Assembly (NCBI GenBank): GCA_038064515.1 | Contig: JBBTSY010000009.1 | Location: forward strand, 2,155-66,154 | Reading direction: 5' to 3' | DNA from: Patescibacteria group bacterium | Lineage (GTDB): Bacteria > Patescibacteriota > Minisyncoccia > 2-02-FULL-40-12 > GWA2-44-9 | DNA length: 64,000 bases | Notes under the pieces: model-generated | Told to the model about the DNA's origin: nothing | What the model saw: only the letters and a program-made list of their open reading frames with translations | The model's database searches: none | In this document: in pieces, positions 57,227 through 64,000 of the stretch | Layout of the letters: each line of letters opens with the position of its first letter | Numbering within the stretch: the first letter of the stretch is position 1 | Program-made: the position numbers and the translations under genes

Positions 57227-58938
57227 TGTAGTGTCGGGGGGATATTATAATATTGGAGCATGAATTGAGCTATTTCTTTAAATGTCGGCGAAAGGCTATC
57301 TGCCGCGAAGGTGATGCCCTGTGGTTTATCAATTTTAATCATGATCGTAAAGCGCGCATCGTGAGCGGGAGCGAAGCCGACGAAATTATGGATATATTGA
57401 TTCTCTAGATATCCGCCTTTACCGTCTGCGATCTGCGCCGTACCTGTTTTACCGGCTATATCATACCCGGTAATGCGGGCTTTATCAAAGCCGTTCTTTA
57501 CAACACTCGTGAGCATGCCTTGCAGTTTTGCGGCTGTTTTTTCAGAAAGAGGAATACCGATGATCTCCGGTTGGGTTATATCCTCTCGTCCACCCTCATG
57601 AATCACCTTATCGACGATATAGGGCCGCATGAGCTTGCCGCCATTGGCAATCATCGAATAGGCATTAGTAAGCTGGAGCGGCGTAACGGCAATACCCTGG
57701 CCGAATGAAGCGGTCAGATGGTTGATCTTGCGCCCGGAATATAGATTCGCAATATTGCCGTTAACTTCTCCGGGAAGACTGATGCCGGTTTTCTGTCCGA
57801 AGCCCATATTAATGACGTAGTTAGTGAAATTATCATCGCCTACGAGATTCTCGACATACATGGCGCCGGTGTTAATCGACTTCTCTAATACTTGAGACAT
57901 GGTTGAAGTACCGAATACATTATTACTGAAATTCTTAATTGTGTAGCCGCCAACTGTCACCGAACCGGTATCTTCATAGGTAGTTTGAGGAGTGATCTTT
58001 CCGAGATCTAATCCGGTAGCAATAGTAAATGGTTTAAATGACGAACCTGGTTCAAAGATTTCCTGAACGTTTGAATTAAGAAATGATCGAGTCTCCGCCG
58101 ATGAGTAGACGTTTGGATCAAAGGAAGGCCGGTCTGCCATCGCCAAAATCTTGCCGGTTTTCGGTTCTTGGATAATAACGCTTCCGGCTATGGCACTCCA
58201 TTTTTTCATCAGCGCATCAAGCTGCTTTTCCGCAAAACTCTGAATGGAATTATCAATCGTCAGAATCACGTCATTAGGGCGCGTAACGATTTCGGTTTTA
58301 TTTTTGCCTCCGGCAAACCATTTGGTGAATAATGAAATTTTCTCTTCTGTGGCTGGCTCATCTTTGCCGAAGAGCTCGCGGTCATAGGAGGCTTCGATGC
58401 CGTATTGCCCGGCGCGGGAATTTCCGTCATAACCTAGAAATCCCAAAACATCGGCGGCAAGACCGTTATTTGGATAGAATCGATCCATCTCGTATGAAAT
58501 GGAGATGTCTTTATTATTTAAGTTCTTTATTCGCGCTACTTGATCCGCATTGATCCGACGAGCAATCACCTTGAGATTTACACTATCGGAACGAACCGCT
58601 TTCTCAACTGTTTTTTCATCGACTTCGGTTATGGCAACAAGCGAGCGAATAATTTCATCTTTTTGCTCGGCGGGAATCTTGGAAGGCACTACTCCGATTA
58701 CGGGAAATTTTTTGTTCGTAGCGGCAAGCATTGGGACATCAATACCATTCGCGATATAGATATTGCCGCGCGCAAGAATGTTATTGATATGATCAATATT
58801 TGCTTCGGCAATGCGAGCATAAAACGAATGATTCACATACGCCAAAATAAAAAGCCGATAGAAAACAACTCCGAAAAGAAGAAGCGTGATAGCGAAAAAA
58901 AAGTGGATTCGAGAATGTCCGTCCGAGCGTGCTCGCAT
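57223..58938 (-). CDS. ftsI: class B penicillin-binding protein (FtsI-like)
   Basis: EPGSSFK (SxxK), SIN (SxN), GKTGTAQ; dcw context. Confidence 0.88.
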   Translation of the reverse strand: MRARSDGHSRIHFFFAITLLLFGVVFYRLFILAYVNHSFYARIAEANIDHINNILARGNIYIANGIDVPMLAATNKKFPVIGVVPSKIPAEQKDEIIRSLVAITEVDEKTVEKAVRSDSVNLKVIARRINADQVARIKNLNNKDISISYEMDRFYPNNGLAADVLGFLGYDGNSRAGQYGIEASYDRELFGKDEPATEEKISLFTKWFAGGKNKTEIVTRPNDVILTIDNSIQSFAEKQLDALMKKWSAIAGSVIIQEPKTGKILAMADRPSFDPNVYSSAETRSFLNSNVQEIFEPGSSFKPFTIATGLDLGKITPQTTYEDTGSVTVGGYTIKNFSNNVFGTSTMSQVLEKSINTGAMYVENLVGDDNFTNYVINMGFGQKTGISLPGEVNGNIANLYSGRKINHLTASFGQGIAVTPLQLTNAYSMIANGGKLMRPYIVDKVIHEGGREDITQPEIIGIPLSEKTAAKLQGMLTSVVKNGFDKARITGYDIAGKTGTAQIADGKGGYLENQYIHNFVGFAPAHDARFTIMIKIDKPQGITFAADSLSPTFKEIAQFMLQYYNIPPTLQ

Positions 58939-58950
58939 ATGTGTAAGTTA

Positions 58951-59046
58951 ACCTGCCTGCCCTCGGCCCCGCTTTGGCGGAGCCTCGCCTTCGGCGGGGC
59001 GTGGCCGGCAGGCAGGCCCGCCTACCTACTTACCGGACAGGCAGGT
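58951..59046. repeat. compound palindrome cluster
   Basis: cctgcctgcc...ggcaggcagg enclosing ccgctttggcgg and ctcgccttcggcggg, followed by a degenerate cctacct...caggcagg unit. Confidence 0.7.
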
Positions 59047-59425
59047 CCTGACCCGACAGATGATATGCGACATTGCCGCTTTCAAACAAATAACTGACCT
59101 CCTTCGCTTCTATCATATTATGCTCGAGCGCAAAGGAGGTTAAGACAGAAGTATTTTCGAACTGTGCTTGTTGCTGGGCGAGTTCCATGCGTGTTTCTGA
59201 AAGCGTCTGAACTTCTCTATTCAACGCTTGCGTAGTGTACTGATCTGCCGCAATTGCATTAGCTTCAATGATATAAAAGAGAAGGAGTCCTCCAGCGAGC
59301 GCAACAAGAAGCATATTCAAAATAGTTGCGGGAGCGATAGGGGTAACTGCATAGGTCTCGTGTTGTACTTGCCGATGAACGGTTTGGTTTCCACTAGCGT
59401 ACGAAAATTGATAATAAGGGCTCAC
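59030..59425 (-). CDS. FtsL-like single-TM coiled-coil protein
   Basis: TM plus coiled coil, located between rsmH and the PBP gene. Confidence 0.6.
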   Translation of the reverse strand: MSPYYQFSYASGNQTVHRQVQHETYAVTPIAPATILNMLLVALAGGLLLFYIIEANAIAADQYTTQALNREVQTLSETRMELAQQQAQFENTSVLTSFALEHNMIEAKEVSYLFESGNVAYHLSGQDLPVR

Positions 59426-59504
59426 GTGCGCTGGTCAAGGCATTCCTACCCAACCAGATTAAACTTTTTATTTATATTTTCTGGGCGATTTTCATTCCTG
59501 CTTC

Positions 59505-60410
59505 TTACAATTTTTCAATAATCTTCATTTTTGCGCTTCGTGCTCTTTTATTTTTTTCTACTTCGGCCCATGTGGGCTTAATAGTATCTTTTGTTACCCA
59601 TTTGATAGTTCCGGCGACAACCTGTTCCTTAAACACCGTTCGAACAGTTTTGTCTTCTAGTCCATGGAAGGAAATCACCACTAGTCGCCCGCCGGGATTT
59701 AAAATTTTGATTGCCACTTCTATCCCCTTGCGAATTGTCTCGATCTCATCGTTTACCGCCACTCGTAATGCCTGAAATGTTTTCGTGGCGCAATGAATTT
59801 TGCGATGAGTGTACCACCCGGGTACCGCGCTCTTTACAACGCTGACCAAATCAGTTGTCGTCAGAATCGGTTGTTCCTTTCTGGCCTTGATCATGGCATT
59901 GGCGATGCTCTCGGCAAATTGCTCTTCGCCATACTTCGCTAGAATTCGCACCAATTGGCCCTCATCCCACGTGTTCACGATATCGGCGGCGGTAGTCTGC
60001 TCTTTCTTGGGATTGAACCGCATATCGAGTGGCTCTTCATTTTGAAATGAGAAGCCTCTCCCGCTTGAACCGTAGTGCCATGATGACACTCCAAGATCAA
60101 AGATCACGCCATCGGGATAAAAATCGTTCTCCTTCGCAATTTGCTCCATGTTGATATAGCTATCGTTCACCAAAATCATCTTCTCGAGCAAAGCGGAATT
60201 ATCCATCCTAAATTCCTCTACCTCAACCGGATCAAATTCAATGCCGAGAACCTTTACATTAGGAAAGCGACTGATGATTTCCCGAGTATGGCCTCCACCA
60301 TCAAGTGTGGCATCTATAATCTTTTTACCCGGAGTACTATCGACGGATTTGATAGGTTCAAGCTTGAGATATTCGATCACTTCATGTAAAAGGACTGGCG
60401 TATGGGGCAT
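59505..60410 (-). CDS. rsmH: 16S rRNA m4C1402 methyltransferase
   Basis: HTPVLLHEV, DATLDGGGH, DLGVSS, PLDMR, FQALRVAVN, RARSAK. Confidence 0.96.
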   Translation of the reverse strand: MPHTPVLLHEVIEYLKLEPIKSVDSTPGKKIIDATLDGGGHTREIISRFPNVKVLGIEFDPVEVEEFRMDNSALLEKMILVNDSYINMEQIAKENDFYPDGVIFDLGVSSWHYGSSGRGFSFQNEEPLDMRFNPKKEQTTAADIVNTWDEGQLVRILAKYGEEQFAESIANAMIKARKEQPILTTTDLVSVVKSAVPGWYTHRKIHCATKTFQALRVAVNDEIETIRKGIEVAIKILNPGGRLVVISFHGLEDKTVRTVFKEQVVAGTIKWVTKDTIKPTWAEVEKNKRARSAKMKIIEKL

Positions 60411-60415
60411 ATGTT

Positions 60416-60850
60416 CTAAATCATGCCGAGCTCCCCCAACTTTTCGGCAATACTATCTGAATCTTTTTCTAATTTTTCTTTGTAGCTGGCCCACTTTTCC
60501 GAATCCCAGACTTCTAGGCGATTATACACTCCGGTGATAACGGCATTTTTCTTTAAGCCGGCATAATTTTTTAAATATTCAGGAATAAGGATTCGCCCCA
60601 ACACATCAAATTCGACTTCTACCGCTCCGGAGAGCAATAAGCGGGCAAATGCTCGCGTTCCCTGCTGGCTCATAGGCAAATTGCCGAGCTTCTGGGCCAG
60701 CTCCTCCCACTGTTTGATTGGAAACACAAACAGACAATTATCTAACCCTCTCGTTAACACCGCTCCTTCCCCAAGCTCCTTGCGGAATTTAGAAGGAATT
60801 GCAAGACGTTTTTTGGCATCCAGGCTATGTTGATATTCGCCAATTAGCAT
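60416..60850 (-). CDS. mraZ: transcriptional regulator MraZ
   Basis: GEYQHSLDAKKRLAIP, DVLGRILIP, RLEVW. Confidence 0.96.
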   Translation of the reverse strand: MLIGEYQHSLDAKKRLAIPSKFRKELGEGAVLTRGLDNCLFVFPIKQWEELAQKLGNLPMSQQGTRAFARLLLSGAVEVEFDVLGRILIPEYLKNYAGLKKNAVITGVYNRLEVWDSEKWASYKEKLEKDSDSIAEKLGELGMI

Positions 60851-61074
60851 ATTTCCTTCTCATTTCCGCACAAAACGTGAGGATTGTATTAACACTTCTA
60901 TCCACTTCTTAACACTCTTAGGTTTATAATATACCCCTCTCTCCCACTCTGCAACAGGCAAAAAAACCTCCAACTGTTGATAACTTTTAAGGGACCCCGT
61001 TTAAAAATTGGTCTCCTAAAGACCAGCGTCCGGTGGGGGTGGTTTTTTGAAACTCAAATGCTAGAATCGAAGCA

Positions 61075-61620
61075 ATGACAGAAATTAACTTTTTCCAACG
61101 CCCGATAGCCATTACCGACCTTGAGATGACGGGACTCGATCCTCACAGTCATGAAATTATTGAGATAGGATTGGTTGTTGTTCGGCAACCGGACCTGAAA
61201 ATTATCGATACGCTCGATATCAAAGTACGACCGGAACACATCGAAACGGCAACGCCAGAAGCGCTCAAGGTAAACGGTTACCGTGCCGAGGATTGGACCG
61301 AAGCAATTCCTCTTTCAGGGGCACTAGAGCTCTACGCTCAAAAAACAGCAGGCGCAATATTCTGTGCTCAAACAATCAATAACGATTGGCCGTTTCTAGC
61401 CGAAGGATTTTACAAAACAGGCGTGCGCCACTCCATGGACTACCATATGATTGATATCCCATCCATTGCTTGGATAAAACTAAGATTCGCAGACATCGGG
61501 AAAGTTCGCCTAAGCGCACTTTGTAAGTATTTCGATATAGTACCCGAACCGGAAATACACCGCGCAATGAACGGGGCCAAACTCGGGCACGAAGTGCTTA
61601 AGAAACTTATTGAACCCTAA
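61075..61620 (+). CDS. DEDDh 3'-5' exonuclease
   Basis: DLEMTGL, EIIEIG, HRA motif; final Asp replaced (HRAMNG). Confidence 0.85.
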   Translation: MTEINFFQRPIAITDLEMTGLDPHSHEIIEIGLVVVRQPDLKIIDTLDIKVRPEHIETATPEALKVNGYRAEDWTEAIPLSGALELYAQKTAGAIFCAQTINNDWPFLAEGFYKTGVRHSMDYHMIDIPSIAWIKLRFADIGKVRLSALCKYFDIVPEPEIHRAMNGAKLGHEVLKKLIEP

Positions 61621-61635
61621 ATTGCCAATGTGAAG

Positions 61636-61707
61636 TGGACGGTACAGGATTTGAACCTGTGACCCCTGCAATGTGAATGCAGTGCTCTACCGCTGAGCTA
61701 ACCGTCC
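61636..61707 (-). tRNA. tRNA-Val(CAC)
   Basis: Acceptor GGACGGT/ACCGTCC, anticodon arm CTGCA-TTCACAT-TGCAG, T loop TTCAAAT. Confidence 0.95.
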
Positions 61708-61735
61708 AAACTACTTCATTACTATACTCTACCAG

Positions 61736-62424
61736 CTAGATCTCCAGCTTATTAATGATCTTTTCGTGAGGACCTTCTAATAGTACGCGAACGAAGCGAT
61801 CAAACATGCTAAAGCGATATTCGAACTCCTCCCGCTCCATAAGACCAAATTTTATCTCCTTTCCCACTTCAGCTTCGAGCGACTGCAGAAAATTCGTGAG
61901 CTTCCTTTTATTAATATCGTCGCCCACAATAAAGAGATCTGCGACTGGTTGAGTATCGAGCGCCGAATCTTCCATAGTATTTAAAAAGATTCCCGAGACA
62001 ATGGCAAGCTTAACGCGGCCCAAGACTGAAATCTTTTTCGCCAATCTATTCCGTTCATCCGGAGAAGATTTTAAAACGAGCGAACGAAGTTCTTGAAAAA
62101 ATTCAAAATTGGGATTTAGGAGAAAAAATTCGCTGCCGCTCTTTTTAAGCGATGATGATTTTCGAGAAGTCAACCGCTTGGAGCGTACGAATTTTTTTGA
62201 TTTGGATCTTCGGGATTTCATTGCTATGGTCTTTTTCGCGTTTTATTCACTAATCGTATCTGGCGAAGGATACTAAGTTCCTGCCGAATCGTCGTAGGTG
62301 ACTCTTGCGTGCGGTGAGCGATTTCGCCCACCGAGAAACCTCTGGGATAGTTTCGATAAAGAAATTTAATGAGCTTCACTCGAGGTTTAGATCCAAACAG
62401 GTTATCAAGTATATTTTTTGACAT
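61736..62424 (-). pseudogene. winged-helix plus nucleotidyltransferase-like protein split into two frames
   Basis: LFGSKPRVKLIKFL...IRQELSIL (62224-62424) followed out of frame by LNPNFEFFQELRSL...DLFIVGD (61736-62221). Confidence 0.55.
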
Positions 62425-62546
62425 GGATGCTGGTATTCCTCTAGAATAGGGGTAACGATTAGATACTGCCATTCGAGCTCAAACAGAGTGTAGCCAAATG
62501 GTCTAAAAAATGCAACTGCGAAGCCGCTATTTCGCCACTTTCCTTT

Positions 62547-64000
62547 ATGGAGAAAATATACATTAAACCCACGTCTCAAGAAATCATCATTAAGGGAGCT
62601 TCGACCGAGGGCCACATGGACATTTTTTCGTATGATCCTTCGGGCGAACAAACCAAAAAATTAGGACACCTTTTTCTTATTGGACATGTTCAGCACGAGA
62701 CGAACGATATGACGTACTCCATCAACCTGATCTCTGCGCTCGCCAAGCGAGAATATTACTCAACTTTCAATATCACACCAAAAGAAGCGTTCGCCGCCAC
62801 ACTCAAAAAAATAAACGAAGTTGTTGAAGAATTTTTTGAACACAAAGGGCTCAAAATTAATATCGGCATCTTCGCCATCGCTGGTGAACAGATGTACATT
62901 TCCAAACTTGGGAAATTCAAAGTACTCCTCGCGAGAGATAATAAAACCATTGATGTGCTCAATAATGCTATGTTCGATCGTCAGCATGTCCAGGAGAAAC
63001 AATTCTCCAGCATTATCTCCGGCCAAGTGAACGAAAAAGATCGTATTCTCGCGTTTTATCCATGCCGCGCAACCACTGCTCGTGAGCGCTATCTGAAGAT
63101 GTATCTCCATAAGTATGATTCGGCAGGATTTACCCAACAACTCCAAGCAATCAAAAAAGAAAAAGACGGATTCAATTGCGCCATGGTTTATGTCCAACTT
63201 GATAAAGTTAAAGAAACTACAACCACGCCACGTACTCAACCACAAGAGCTTACTATTCCCCAGCTGGCCACCACTACAGCGGGGCCCCGCCTCACGGCGG
63301 TGGTCAGCGTCACAGAAGCTAAAACAAATGCTCAAAAAACACGTAACTCTGTTAAAAAACCCGTTGACACGACAGAATCACCTGAAATAAAAGAAGTCTC
63401 TCCGGCCGTATCTCTTATCCCCGAAAAAGAACCCGTCAAGGACATTATCACAACGCCAAATCATTACCTGGAAACAAACATTGAAGTCCCCCAAATAATC
63501 CCCAGCGAGTTTTTACGGGGCAAAAAAGATAATTTCATCAGTTCTGTCGTGCATCGCTTCCAGTTTGGTCATCTTACACCGAAGAAAAAAGCAGTACTCT
63601 CCCTTATCGCTGTCGCGCTCATAGTCGGCACATCATTTGCGGTTCGAGCCGTTATCAATATTAATCCTGAAGTGAACACGTTTAATGACACCATTAAGAC
63701 CGCCCAGGAACGACTTGAACTTGCCAAGATCAGATTAAGCCAGAATGACAAAACGGGTGCTCGAGGCATAATCAACAGCTCAATTGCTTCGCTCACCGCA
63801 TTAGCATCGGATGGAACGGAGTCAGTCGAGATTGAACTGCGGCAGTTGCTCGATGAGATTGATCAAGCTCAAGATGCTTCCACCTCCCTGGTAATCCAGC
63901 TCCCGCAGGATCAAGGCCGCGCTATACTTCTTTCTAGCGGCAAAAATATGTTTGCTTACCTTAGGGGAACCGAAGACGGCGTTGGCCACCTGCTAACTAT
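62547..64000 (+). CDS. large membrane protein with PP2C-like N-terminal region (runs off window)
   Basis: Frame MEKIYIKP...LGHLFLIG...AKREYYS...AFAATLKKIN, later a TM; appears to stay open to the window end. Confidence 0.65.
   Translation, partial: MEKIYIKPTSQEIIIKGASTEGHMDIFSYDPSGEQTKKLGHLFLIGHVQHETNDMTYSINLISALAKREYYSTFNITPKEAFAATLKKINEVVEEFFEHKGLKINIGIFAIAGEQMYISKLGKFKVLLARDNKTIDVLNNAMFDRQHVQEKQFSSIISGQVNEKDRILAFYPCRATTARERYLKMYLHKYDSAGFTQQLQAIKKEKDGFNCAMVYVQLDKVKETTTTPRTQPQELTIPQLATTTAGPRLTAVVSVTEAKTNAQKTRNSVKKPVDTTESPEIKEVSPAVSLIPEKEPVKDIITTPNHYLETNIEVPQIIPSEFLRGKKDNFISSVVHRFQFGHLTPKKKAVLSLIAVALIVGTSFAVRAVININPEVNTFNDTIKTAQERLELAKIRLSQNDKTGARGIINSSIASLTALASDGTESVEIELRQLLDEIDQAQDASTSLVIQLPQDQGRAILLSSGKNMFAYLRGTEDGVGHLLT

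Noticed and set aside
1-64000. CRISPR array, integron array, or TGA recoding (code 25)
   Set aside because: No regularly spaced repeats, no integrase or attC series, and TGA terminates conserved genes such as rpsD, recR and gltX

Overview
Housekeeping-rich chromosomal window from a reduced-genome bacterium, most likely Patescibacteria/Parcubacteria (inferred from short AlaS, RpoA without its CTD, degenerate PriA and genes lacking Shine-Dalgarno sites; standard code 11). It holds alaS, dus, a UvrD-like helicase-nuclease, the infA-rpmJ-rpsMKD-rpoA-rplQ-rplM-rpsI cluster, mreB with a glycosyltransferase/O-antigen ligase/LCP locus, gltX, priA, def, fmt, znuCB, efp, hrcA(CIRCE)-grpE-dnaK-dnaJ, cysS, dnaB, recR, mraZ-rsmH-ftsL-ftsI-murF and three tRNAs (His, Glu, Val). 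Three layers are not explained by the gene list. (1) Five 75-147 bp hairpin elements, each bounded by a duplicated ATGAA and sitting at an ATG codon; three are homologous, with a covarying 21-bp stem and a conserved pseudoknot. (2) Seven dispersed, mostly GC-rich stand-alone cassettes (six orphans and a TraR-like gene), each with a near-consensus sigma70 promoter, an SD-like site and a terminator, among resident genes that look leaderless or translationally coupled. (3) Further dispersed structured repeats, including short palindromes translated in frame inside Dus, DnaK and the helicase. No transposase, integrase, reverse transcriptase or CRISPR array is visible. All product calls come from motif recognition by eye; no database searches were run.
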